Positions 26,865 to 38,909 of a stretch of DNA of 64,000 bases are shown one piece after another (the first letter of the stretch is position 1; each line of letters starts with the position of its first letter). Origin of the DNA: Moniliella sp. 'wahieum' (lineage: Eukaryota); NCBI GenBank assembly GCA_003971905.1, contig RSEE01000009.1:806001-870000 (forward strand). The letters are read 5' to 3'. The notes under the pieces are model-generated. The model was not told where the DNA came from. It did no database searches and worked only from the letters and a program-made list of their open reading frames with translations. Both the position numbers and the translations under genes were made by a program.

Positions 26865-29322
26865 TATATATGAAGACTTTTCTGAAAAAACGGGAAACGT
26901 GAGTCACGAGAGAGGTCACTGCGCTATGGCATACACGGAAGATACAGACCTTGGGAACCGAACCTGCCCGGCCGTAGGTATTACAATGAGGTGGGGCTAA
27001 AAGGAACCGCAAGAATGGGCGGGCTACGGTGGTCCGAAGCAGTTCACCAGGCATAGCGGACAATATGTTATCTGGCTTCAATGGTGGTTCTGAGGGGAAG
27101 GGGATCACTGCCGCGCTAAGGGAAGTGGCGGGAGTACAGAGATAGGGGTGGAGGCGCTTTGAGGGGAGGAGTGGACAAGGGAACGAGATCGCCGCTTTGG
27201 CTGAAGAGAAGAAAATCGTTTTGCTCAACCAAGGGGGGGTCGGTTTTCTGGCATCAGATGTAGCAGAAAGCTCGTAAGAAGAGAGAGGTGTGGTCATGAG
27301 GGGATCATTTCGGCTTAATTGGTACTATAGGGCTCAAGGATATCTATCCATCCGGATCCCATGGGTATCCCATGGGTGTGGCCTGCTGGTTGGCAGATTG
27401 AAGGGCTTTCAGGTTGCGGCAGGTTGACTTGTCCCCCCCCCCCCCGGCCTCACTTGGGGGGCAACAGGGGTCTGAGGGATGAGATATGAATGAACAAAGG
27501 CCACACCACCCCCTTGATCCAAGTGCAGCTGACTCTCAAACTCCTTTACTTAGAAATCAAGGAGACGGGAGCGATCAGGGGAAAACGAGTATAGCCTGCA
27601 TGCGGTCAGATTCGACATGCGCATAGATCCTGTTTGGTCAGGTCATCGTCCCGGTGAAGGCCAAAAGATTAACTTAAGTGCGACATCAATTCGTGATGAG
27701 GGACGACGTCCCTGCTGTGGGATGGGTCGGATATAGCACGAGAACGGGGGGGGGGCTGGCATAATTGCAAGGTACAGTGGTGGACGACGGCCAGTCATGT
27801 CTCCTCAAGCAGGCGCAAGTCGAGTTCAGCTCAATCTCGTCGTCCATTTGGCGCCCCAGAAGGTGGTGGTGGGTTGGCGTCGTCGGGAGGCGGGATTGAG
27901 CATTTGTGTACTTCGTGAGGGCCGGGAGAGACGGATCGCCGGAAGCGGTAGAACATGGTGCAGGGTACTATGGGATGCCAATATGGGGGCGGGGGTTGGA
28001 GGGGGAGGAGAGATGAATTAGGAGATGAAGATGTGGAAGTGGTATAGGGGGCAAATGTGGAATGATTGTTGGTAAGGCCACAGGCTGGGGTAATCTTATG
28101 CGGCAGCCGCTACCAGAGCGGGATGATCGATGAGCGTTCGGCGGGGAGTCGGCTGGCTTATTCGCTGCGACGCTCTCGTCATTCAATATTCAATGCTCAA
28201 CGTGCTCAACACTGCCCCTGCGCCTGCTCGTGACCCCCCCCCCCCCCCCCTACAACTGAGCAAATGCAACTTCTGGCGTTGCTCAACCGTTTTTACATTT
28301 CAGCTCTTCCGTAGGTATCGCTAGTTCGGCGACTGCTGGAGTGACTATATCTGACTACTGCTAATAGTCAACGCGACTCAGGTAAAAATAATGAGAAGTA
28401 CACATGTGTGCTCCCTGACAAAACTGCTACTTCGTTGGGTAACACGCTTGTTCACCACCACGAAACACCAGTAGTCGCTGCCAACGGAAGGATAACTCAT
28501 ACTTTTTGTGAGTATATCATGATCGAGATGGAGAGATCGATGACCACACGTCCTTTTTTGTTTCACCTGTCCGCCCGCGCCCCCCCAAAGGTGGCGAAAA
28601 TGAGTCTCTCAGTCGCCGGCGATCAAACGCCGTCACATCGATATATGTTCTCTTCTCTCTTCGTATTTTGACAGCTTTGATGAGAAACCCACATACGATG
28701 TAAAGTCTTCGTATGACCACACCACAGTTGACAACATTTTGACAGCTATACACCCCCCTCCGGCTATACTCAGTGTTTGAGCAAAAATGAGAAAACGAAG
28801 AAAGAAGATAACTGTGGCGTTGGAACACATGTCACAGAAGAGCGCCAGAAAAGCTCGCGGGACCGCAGGAGAACGGGCGGAGATGAAAAGGAAGGGAGAA
28901 GGGAGCTTGTTTTCTGCTCATGTCAATAAGTGCGTTGTACTACACAGTGCCATTGACATAATGGTGAGAGACAAGACAAGAGGAAGCGGGTGGAGTATAC
29001 ACAAACAAGCGAGAGAAAACCACAACAGCTAAGGGGAAGTAAGTACACTTTCGTGTAATCTCGAGGCCACGAACGCGGGGCGTGAGAAAGGTTGAGACGA
29101 GAGGCAAACCGTAATATACGGGAGCGGGAGATGGGGGAGGGGGGGGGACAGGAAGAGTAATATACTAATACGAAAAAGTCGTTGGAAGGAAAATAAAAAG
29201 GGATCGAGAAAGTGTAACAGTTGAGAAGAATGACGGCCTCAACGGGAGGATAAATATCCTTACCGGCACCAACCGTGGTAAGGAAAAGAGGGACTCGATA
29301 AGAGCAATCACCTCTGCTTTTT

Positions 29323-30771
29323 TTAATACGGCAGCCCACGCCGAATTTCGGACGAGCGGCTGAGTCGTCTTGCAGAGTTTGGAAGCGGACGCGGGCCATA
29401 TGGCATTCGTACTCCAGCGCCGACACCTTGCCACGCAAGCTCGCATTCTCCTCTCGCAAGCGCTGCACGTCTAGGCCATTGTGCATCGCTTCCAGTTCTT
29501 GGTTGCGAAGGCGGAGAGCGTCCAGCTGCGCTTGCATGTCCCGCCATTGCTCTGCCTTGTGTAGGCGGTGGCGCCGAGCAGCCAAGGTGTTGCGGATCCG
29601 CTGGGCTTCCGACTCGTCGACCGTTTCGTCTGACTTGTACTTGCGCTTTGACCCGCGTTTGAGGTGCATACCGCCTTTCGCCATGTCGGACAGGTCCCCA
29701 TCCTTGTCCCCTTCATCTGGGTTGGAAGGCGCCTTAAACATCTTGCGCCGCGGCGGGATAGGCGCATCAATCTGGGTCAGCTTGGTTGGGTCTTTGGGGA
29801 TCGGTCGCTTGCGGCGTTCATGAATTGTTCGCGTCACAATGTCACCAACCGTAACCGGTCCGCCCGATGTGAGCGTCGACCGCTTACCGCCTCGCTGCGA
29901 GTTCGTGCCACCTTCATTCCGTGCTGCGGTGGTCTTCTTGGGGCTGGTCGTGCGCGCCAGCGCGCCGGGCCCATGAACGGTGATGTCCGTGGCGAGTGAG
30001 GCAGCACCTGAGGTGTCGTTGGAGCGACGGGTTGTGCTGCTGGTGGTGCCAAAGCTCGCCCTGCTTAGCCCTGATCCTGGGCCCATGCTCTCCTCTGACG
30101 AATAGGGACGGCCATCCAAGGTGGAATGAGAGGACCGGTGGCCTAGCATTCCGTCCAAAGGGGGACGAGGATACACTGTCGCGGACTCGGCCATTAAGTT
30201 GGACGTGTTGGTACCAGAGGGAATCATATCTGACACTGGGGGGGGGGGGGAGGGTTTGTGGGCAGTGAGACAAAGTGTCAATAAGGGAAAGCCGAGCACA
30301 AAGAGGAATAAATCCACGTACCCCCTTGATTCATGTCCATATGGTTCCAAGAAGATCCTTGAGGATGGCCAGCCGCCGTTGCGTCTGGAGGTGGTGGCGG
30401 AGCCGTCACGGTAAGGCCGCTTGCTTCGCCCGTTTGAGCAAACGAGGGAGTTGGGGTTGAATCAAGAGCCGACCGTCTTGGCCAACGGGCATCTGGGTGC
30501 CCGGGTAGTGAGCGCCAGAATCAAAGTACCCGGTACGTCCTGATGATGAGTAGTGAGGCATGCCATAGGAGGCGAAATGAGCAGGGGCAGGCAACGGAGA
30601 CTGCGGCAGCGGCGGTGGGCGCACCACGCTAGGGTATCCAAACCGGCGATGGTCTTCGGTCATGACTGCGCCGGCAGTAGTAGCATCGGGCCCGGCACCT
30701 TCGGCCTGGGCAGTAGGTTCGCTGTCGTAACGCATGCCGGGGGGGTTGCGATGGAAGGTATTGGTTGGCAT
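29323..30771 (-). CDS. bZIP transcription factor
   Basis: Basic region RIRNTLAARRHRLHK followed by a leucine heptad (LDALRLRNQELE...LREENASLRGKVSALE). Intron GTACGT..CAG at about 30238-30320. The C-terminal end is uncertain. Confidence 0.8.
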
Positions 30772-33236
30772 CAATGATGGGGGGGGAGGAGCGAGAGGAG
30801 CGAAGCCAAGTAGCGGCGAAGAGGAGACAGGGGGGGGGGTCAGCGGTAATAAGGCAGCCCAGCACCTGGTGGTGAAGAGGCGCTACGCGGAGGCGGGTAG
30901 ATGAGCGGGTGGGCGCAGTGCTGGCTTCGCGGGTAGGACCGTCGCAAATGCTTCTTGTGGTGATATGGGGTTGCCAGGGGGGAGAAAACTGCGGGGCGAT
31001 GGCAATGGGACGGCCCGTTTATCCGCGTCCAACTCTTTAAGCGAGCACTGGCGGGTGGTGGCGATGTTGCTGCAGCCCAGGTTCAAGCCGACGCGCTCCC
31101 CAACCAAGCAGCTATACAAGTCCCGGCGAGTGTCCACTAGTCACTAGCCACGGTGTGTGCTACAAGAGGCACTCTGTGTGTCCTGGAGCAGAGCAAGGGA
31201 CGGGTGACACGTGACGAATGATTAATGACATGTGATGCTGATGAAGAACGACGCGTGAGACGGAAGGCCCTGGGAGACGGGAAGTTGCATGTCTGCAACC
31301 GGGCACTGCCCTCCTGTCCCCACCCCCACCCCGCGGAAGGCGGAGGGCCACTGGCTCAGACTGGCCGCTGGGTTGCCAGCAAGCCCGCCAGCCAGCTGCG
31401 GGAGGATGCTTTCCGTCCGCAGATGTCACATGTCACAGGCTGGCGCTTCCCTCCCCAACAATGATCGCTTAGAATGACCAACACACGCCCCTCCGTTTCA
31501 GTGAAGCGCGATTATCGATTATCGATTAAGCTTAACGCTTAAAGCTTACACTTGTAAGCCCACCAGCTGATTGGGGACCACCCCCTGCGTGAGTTATTGT
31601 TGTACACCACCATCGTACTACTGAGCAACAACTGGCCGCGTGCAATGGCAGTATCCACCTTCTTGGGTCTTACTGGCAAAGATGGACCCTCGAGGACCGC
31701 GCACGGCGTGAGAAGTGAACATCAAACGGTTTCCCCAACGCATCCGGTTTCGGCGAAAGGTCTCGGCTACCGGGAACTGGATCAGTACCATCAATAATTT
31801 ACTCAGTTCCGCAGGTCTCAGTACTCAGTCCTTTTCAGGCCCTCAGGCCTCGGGTCCTTACGCGTTACGACTGAGCCCCAGGCCTCCGTGCTCAGTATCC
31901 AGAGCTCAGTACGCGCAGTACTCAGTACCGACAATGCAGTGCTCAGTACCTATTGCTCAGTACCAGTACTCAATACGCAATACTGAACACGGACTGAGTG
32001 CTATGACTGAGAGTTCACACGTTCACAGGGCCTCTCCATCAGGCCGCAGCGCCCTTAGTACCCTCATTAATCATTATTCAATTCAGTACCCTCCAGCACC
32101 TCAAAAGCCGGATGAAGCACACGCCCCCCAGTGTTGATTGGTCTTATTACAAGACATGCAGGTGAGCGTGTCTCCGTTGCATCCGTGGGGTGTGTCCGAG
32201 GCGATGGAGAATGGCAGCATACTGGCTGGCTACAGCGACTCCGACACGCTGCGCTACGCTTCCTTCCCCACGATAGCTCTCCCGCAGCGCGCCATCATGC
32301 ATCAGCCATCAGCATCGATGAGTGCTGCCGTGCCTTCAGCGCCAGCCCAACGGTCATATGATCTGCTTTCACTTTTCCGCTCCGTCTGAGCCCTGCGGCT
32401 CCGCGAGACATCACGCGTCATGCATCATTGCATCACACATCACACTGTGCGTGGATCTGTGGGCATGTAAGACGGGCAGGGGGGCAGCAACAACACGCAC
32501 AGGCTCACCGCTCGGTCGAGCGCTGAGCGCTGGGCCCCTCTAGGCGTATCGTGTAGTGGAAAATAGTGCACGCATTTTCCCGGTTCAACGTTCAACGTTC
32601 AACGTTCACCACTTTAGCCTGGCGATCGGAGACCCCCTCCTTTCTCTCCGTCGCTGAAAGCGGTCCTGTTGGTGACCAATTCGCGTTCAAGAGATGCACC
32701 AACTCCCGCATCCAGATGCAGACACCCGCCACCACACGTCTCACGCCCACGCTGTGGTGAATAAGGCCGATGATCGATGGCGATGAGATCTGAGAGACCA
32801 CATCTCTTTGTGTGGATGAATTAGCGCAACCGAAGAACCCTCTTCGGTCTCCGGCACCGCGGCAGCAGGGCTTACAGCTTGCATACCTGCAACATGTAAT
32901 CCTGAATCGATAATCAGAGAGGCGCAATGTGAGTTCGAAAGGGTGTGAGGCCCTGAGGCCTGTGAATGTGAGGGCGCGCGCGTTAGCTGTATACAAGTAG
33001 TTACTAGTTTTACTGCGTTATGACTAAGAAAAGTACTCGCCAAGGGCCTGTGTACTAGTCCAAATTAATATTACCCATCATATATGCGACGAAACATTAA
33101 TCTCTCACTAGGATACTGTAAGAGTCGGGCGATATGAGTGAGGCCAAGTACCAAGGGAAGCAAAGGATGCACTGGTAGGTGAAAGGAGATCGATTAGCTA
33201 AGAGGACTGTGACAGATCTCTATGTTGCGTCCATAT

Positions 33237-34461
33237 CATTGACAGAGCTTAAGGCTGGGACAGGGGAACGCTACGTCTAAACCGAACCGTTCATCTTGCG
33301 GGGGTTGTTTGGAAGCGCCACTAAGGTCAAGGGACCAGGGGGATCGCCAGGATATCAGGACCCTCCGGCTCACGCCATCCGGTCCCGTACCCTAGGAAGC
33401 GCGTGTGGACACGGAGGAACGTGGTTGACATACGAGCGAGGAACCATTTCCACTGAGACTTAGTAGCCAACTCCTTCCAATGCGCAAACAACTTGCCCGC
33501 CGTCTTGGTGCCGTAGTATCCTCGCGTCGTCAAAACCAGGGGAAAAACGGTTCTTGAGTGCGTCCCTGGTACTTGGCGTTCTTGTCGCATTCTGCTTGTT
33601 CAAGCAGCCGAAGCAGTTCCTTTCCCGGCGTTCCAAAGGCGACGCAGTGCTCTCATGCACCACCCGCCGGTACGCGCTCTGCGCCTCCTGCGATCCCGTG
33701 TCGCGCAGCGTGTGGTCTACCTCCATTCCGGTTCCTCCCAGTGCTCCGGGCCCCATCACGCGGTAATCGGTGCGCTGTGCCTTCCGTCCGCGCCTCGTCC
33801 CATCCTCTTCCTCCACCATAGGTTCGTTGTGGACGTGGGTGTCGGGGATGGAGCGGAGGAGCTGGAGAATGGGCTCCCGCACTGCCTCATGCAACGCACC
33901 AAACTTGGCCTGGGTGCGGGTGCAGGACATGATGTGTTCCAGCGAGGACATGACGCCGCACTTGCACATGCTGCGCGTGGTGCGGCACAGCGTGCGGAGC
34001 TGGAGACCAACCTGGACCTGCTGGTCAGAGAGCTTGAGGCACGGGGCGGATGGAATGGCGGAGAGCCAGTTGTGGCTCAGCGGGTTGCTGTGCTCAACCA
34101 CATGGCGACCATCGGCAGCGTCCAGCTTCTAGAGCAGCTCCTGTCGACTTTGCTCCCACATCTCGCGGCAGCGCTGGCGTTGCTTCGTAAATGCGTTGGC
34201 CCTTGCCGTTTGCGGTCCCGAACGGTCAACATAAGTGGTAATAAGATAGTCGTTGACCTCGTTGGCCGCGGCACGGGCGTGGGGCGCAATATACGAGTAA
34301 AGCGGGCTGCCACGTCCTCCCATCCGGAGAGGCAGGCTCATGAGCATGTCGAAGTGGTCGTCCTTAGCACTTGGGGGTCCTCGTCGCCCCGGATCCGTCT
34401 GAACTCCGTACAGATGAAGGCATCAATCTCGGCCAGCACATCGTCTAGCTCTCCTTCCATC
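33237..34461 (-). mobile_element. 5'-truncated non-LTR retrotransposon (CRE/Cnl1/MoTeR-like, RLE type), copy 1
   Basis: Encodes RT-thumb-like LPLRMGG, WLSAIP..LSD..GLQLRTL, zinc knuckle CKC..H..C, RLE motifs (EP..RTD..EVD..KNAKY..FPLVLTTRG), then a stop at 33327 and a ~90-nt 3' UTR. Confidence 0.85.
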
Positions 34462-34548
34462 TATTAAGGGAGACGAAACGCCGTGCACACTTTTACGTCA
34501 TAGGCACGTGCCGACCGGTACGTTCCACGCCACCTGCAGTCAGAACGA

Positions 34549-34644
34549 ATCGGTGATATTATTTCTACGGTGGCGAAGGGGGAACGGTGGCTAAGGTGCT
34601 GGGGCGAAGCCCCAGCGGACCGGACCGTAGGCCCGGTGGTCTCC
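34549..34644 (+). repeat. Small double-hairpin repeat element, copy A
   Basis: ATCGGTGATATTATTT...GCTGGGGC-GAA-GCCCCAGC, then ACCGGACC-GTA-GGCCCGGT, then GGTCTCC. Inverted homolog at 34986-35187. Confidence 0.7.
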
Positions 34645-34826
34645 TTGTCATTAATCACAGGCGCCAACGCCGGCGCACATCGCAATGCGTGTTTGTACAT
34701 CGCGCGCCAGCGCCCTTGTAGTCACCAAGAAAGACGGTTGGCATGTGCTCATCAGCGTACAATCCCCACACAACGATGTGCATAGCATCTAGAGCTCCTT
34801 TTTGTGGTCCCCGGTCCACTGTAGCC

Positions 34827-34887
34827 ATCATGCATCATGCATCGTGCATCATGCATCATGCATCATGCATCATGCACCATGCATCAT
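34827..34887. repeat. Heptamer minisatellite (ATGCATC)n, followed by (AACGTTA)n at about 34941-34975
   Basis: About 8 units of CATGCAT, visible directly. Confidence 0.9.
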
Positions 34888-34985
34888 AAGCGATCCATTG
34901 GCCTGGAAAGGATGATCATCAGATCGATCAGATGATCAATGTTAAACGTTAAACGTTAAACGTTAAAAAACGTTAAAAGTTACGA

Positions 34986-35187
34986 GGAGACCACCGGGCC
35001 TACGGCCCGGTCCGCTGGGGCTTCGCCCCAGCTTGGTGCTTGGTGCTTGGTGCTTGCTCGCCACCTTAACCACCGTTCCGCCGGTCCACCGTTCCACCCC
35101 CGTCGCCACCGTAGCCACCTTAGCCACCGGTGCACCATTCCACCCTGGAACCCTTCCACGCTGGAGAGGCAAAATAATATCACCGAT
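34986..35187 (-). repeat. Small double-hairpin repeat element, copy B (inverted)
   Basis: The reverse complement of 34986-35032 matches 34598-34644 with one mismatch. It also shares GGTGGCTAAGGTG, CTACGGTGGCGA and ATCGGTGATATTATTT. Confidence 0.7.
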
Positions 35188-35315
35188 ACTTGCTGGGGCT
35201 GGCACGCCCGGTGGGGCTTACGTGAGCGCGGCATCACACTTCTGTCACTCGGTAGTGGCCACACCGAACTTTTCCCATTTTGTATCAGATTTGTATCTCT
35301 ATGTTGTGTGCATTC

Positions 35316-36507
35316 CATTGACAGAGCTTAAGGCTGGGACAGGGGGAACGCTACGTCTAAACCGAACCGTTCATCTTGCGGGGGTTACTTGGAAGCGCCA
35401 CCAAGATTAAGGGACCAGGGGGATCGCCAGGATATCAGGACCCTCCGGCTCACGCCATCCGGTCCCGTACCCTAGGAAGCGCGTGTGGACACGGAGGAAC
35501 GTGGTTGACATACGAGCGAGGAACCATTTCCACTGAGACTTAGTAGCCAACTCCTTCCAATGCGCAAACAACTTGCCCGCCGTCTTGGTGCCGTAGTATC
35601 CTCGCGTCGTCAAAACCAGGGGGAAAAACGGTTCTTGAGTGCGTCCCTGGTACTTGGCGTTCTTGTCGCATTCTGCTTGTTCAAGCAGCCGAAGCAGTTC
35701 CTTCTCCCGGCGTTCCAAAGGCGACGCAGTGCTCTCATGCACCCCCGCCGGTACGCGCTCTGCGCCTCCTGCGATCCCGTGTCGCGCAGCGTGTGGTCTA
35801 CCTCCATTCCGGTTCCTCCCAGTGCTCCGGGCCCCATCACGCGGTAATCGGTGCGCTGTGCCTTCCGTCCGCGCCTCGTCCCATCCTCTTCCTCCACCAT
35901 AGGTTCGTTGTGGACGTGGGTGTCGGGGATGGAGCGGAGGAGCTGGAGAATGGGCTCCGCACTGCCTCATGCAACGCACCAAACTTGGCCTGGGTGCGGG
36001 TGCAGGACATGATGTGCCAGCGAGGACATGACGCCGCACTTGCACATGCTGCGCGTGGTGCGGCACAGCGTGCGGAGCTGGAGACCAACCTGGACCTGCT
36101 GGTCAGAGAGCTTGAGGTACGGGACGGATGGAATAGCGGAGAGCCAGTTGTGGCTCAGCGGGTTGCTGCTCAACCACATGACGACCATCGGCAGCGTCCA
36201 GCTTCTGGAGCAGCTCCTGTCGACTTTGCTCCCACATCTCGCGGCAGCGCTGGCGTTGCTTCGTAAATGCGTTGGCCCTTGCCGTTTGCGGTCCCGAACG
36301 GTCAACATAAGTGGTAATAAGATAGTCGTTGACCTCGTTGGCCGCGGCACGGGCGTGGGGCGCAATATACGAGTAAAGCGGGCTGCCACATCCTCCCAGC
36401 CGAAGAGGCAGGCTCATGAGCATGTCGAAGTGGTCGTCCTTGGCACCTTGGGGATCCTCGTCGCCCCGGATCCGTCTGAACTCCGTACAGATGAAGGCAT
36501 CAATCTC
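35316..36507 (-). mobile_element. 5'-truncated CRE/Cnl1-like retrotransposon, copy 2
   Basis: Near-identical to copy 1, and flanked by the direct repeat TGTGTGCATTC (35305-35315 and 36508-36518). Confidence 0.85.
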
Positions 36508-36518
36508 TGTGTGCATTC

Positions 36519-37010
36519 CATTGACAGAGCTTAAGGCTGGACAGGGGGAACGCTACGTCTAAACCGAACCGTTCATCTTGCGGGGGTTGTTTGGAAGCGC
36601 CACTAAGGTCAAGGGACCAGGGGGATTGCCAGGATATCAGGACCCTCCGGCTCTCGCCATCCGGTCCCGTACCCTAGGAAGCGCGTGTGGACACGGAGGA
36701 ACGTGGTTGACATCCGAGCGAGGAACCATTTCCACTGAGACTTAGTAGCCAACTCCTTCCATGCGCGAACAACTTGCCCGCCGTCTTGGTGCCGTAGTAT
36801 CCTCACGTCGTCAAAACCAGGGGGGGAAAAAACGGTTCTTGAGTGCGTCCCTTGGTACTTGGCGTTTTGTCGCATTCTGCTTGTTCAAGCAGCCGAAGCA
36901 GTTCCTTCTCCCGGCGTTCCAAAGGCGACGCAGTGCTCTCATGCACCCCCGCCGGTACGCGCTCTGCGCCTCCTGCGATCCCGTGTCGCGCAGCGTGTGG
37001 TCTACCTCCA
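36519..37010 (-). mobile_element. 5'-truncated CRE/Cnl1-like retrotransposon, copy 3
   Basis: Same 3' end (CATTGACAGAGCTTAAGGC on the + strand) and RLE C-terminus. Homology stops at 37010. Confidence 0.85.
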
Positions 37011-38252
37011 CTCCTGATCCTTAAACACAGCTTTGTTGAAAAAATGGAGGTGGCAGGAGTACTGGACACACCACTACTGATAAGATCGATGAGATATCAA
37101 CAATTAATGAGAAATGAGATCGGAGATTGCTACTCAGACTGAGTATGATATGGATCTGATCGGCCTATATGTCAGCGTGTTTTTGGATCAAGAAATATAT
37201 CGGCCTCTTCCTCCAAAAGCGAGGTGACCTACAGTATGGCAATCTTGTCCCTCTGAAGCTGAAGCTAGCGTGAAGCTTCAATTGAAGGCATGGGTCGCGG
37301 AGAGCTTCCGGCTTGTTGGGATGGAGGGGTGTTGAGGGCAGGCCGGGGCAGGCATTGGGCCGTCGAGATCGAAATGGCAGCAGCGGCGTTTTCCTGTATG
37401 TGGTCAAACGCCGGCTTGAATTTCCTCTGCTTTGTTGGCAAGACGGTGTAGGGGCCTGTCGGGGCACGTGACGCCAGTGGCACGTGGCATGTGACATGTG
37501 ACATGTGACGGTGCACCTGAAAGCCCGAACTTAAACGCCGAGCTGGCAAAGGCTAGACAGGGCTGCACAGGCACTGGCGCTGCGGCTGATCTTGCAACTT
37601 TGAACACTGCAGGCCAAGGCGAGCCGCCGCGAGGCCGGGCAGCGTCGGGCAGGGCAACAGGGGAACCTGGGCCAGCGGCCAGCGCCAAGCGGTCCAGTGC
37701 CCTGGAAGACCCAGCCCAGTGCAGAGCACGCCGCAAGGCGTGACAACCATTAATCGCCGTGGCCAGTGGCAGTGGCATGGCGCAGCGTGAGAGCGGCGGC
37801 GGCTGGCCACTGGAAGCCTCGTGTTGTGTTTCGCCGCCTACCGCTTTTGAAAGTGGCCAGCATGACACTCCTGCATGGGCAGCCTCCCGTGCTCGATAAC
37901 ATGGACGTGTGACGGTCACGCATGCCCTCTCCAACCCTACTCCTGCCCTCTCTACTGGTCCCGTGCTGGGCGTTGGCGTGTGGATCACGTCAGGCCCAGG
38001 CACTCAGGTTGCTGGCCAGCGTCCGCCGGCCTTTGCGTCCGGCACAACGCCGGTGTGGCACCGGGCCGACGCCGGTGGCTCCCTTCGTGACGCGTGAGCA
38101 ATGCGTGATAACGCCGCCCGAGTGCATGCATGGTCCATGCACGCCGTTTGCTGCCTGTCTTCTTCGTCCGGCTTCTCCGCTACTATAAAAACGTGCTCGC
38201 CTCGGCCTGAGCTCCGGTTCTCCTCACCCACAGCCTCTTCTCCTTCTTCACC

Positions 38253-38909
38253 ATGCCTCTTGTTGGTTCCAAGGCCCCCCTCTTCACCAAGGCTGCTGTC
38301 ATTGACGGCCAGATCTCGGAGGTCTCTCTCGAGAAGAACCTCAAGGCCGGCAAGTGGACCGTGCTCTCGGTATGTCCACTTCTATCCCGCCTCGGTCCTT
38401 GTGGGTATGCTTGCTGACCCGCCATGGCACTTCGTTCCCAGTTCTACCCCTGGCCTACACCTTCGTGTGCCCCACCGAGATGTGAGCTACGGTGCGGAGG
38501 GCAAGGCGTTCAAGGACCTGAACGCTGAGCTCCTGTACGCCTCGACCGACTCGGAGTTCACCCAGCTCGCCTGGGACCAGGCCAAGACCTCGGACGGTGG
38601 CCTGGGTGGCGTGTCGAAGAACGTGGCTCTGGTGGCCGACACGAACCACAGCCTGTCGCGCGACTACGACGTGCTTCTCCCTGACCAGGGCGTTGCGCTG
38701 CGTGGCACCTTTATCATTGACCCGCAAGGCATCATCCAGCATGCCACCATCAACAACGCCCCCGTTGGCCGCAACGTGCAGGAGACCCTCCGTCTGCTGG
38801 AGGCGTTCCAGTTCACTGCCGAGCACGGCGAGGTCTGCCCTGCCGGTTGGCAGAAGGCGCGGACACCATCGACACCAAGAACGCCACGGCCTACTTCTCG
38901 AAGCACTAA
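38253..38909 (+). CDS. TSA1: Typical 2-Cys peroxiredoxin (Tsa1/Tpx1 type)
   Basis: FYPLAYTFVCPTE (peroxidatic Cys), STDS, ALRGTFIIDP, VGRN, GEVCPAGW (resolving Cys). Intron GTATGT..GCTGAC..CAG at about 38370-38441. TATAAAA at about 38184. Confidence 0.9.

Noticed and set aside
30771..31300. bZIP gene as GCN4/CPC1 with regulatory uORFs
   Set aside because: RNTLAAR resembles CPC-1, but I see no ATG-initiated uORFs in the proximal leader, so orthology cannot be supported.
31780..35060. Short repeat arrays as CRISPR or telomeric repeats
   Set aside because: There is no repeat-spacer structure, no cas genes and no TTAGGG arrays, and the context is eukaryotic.
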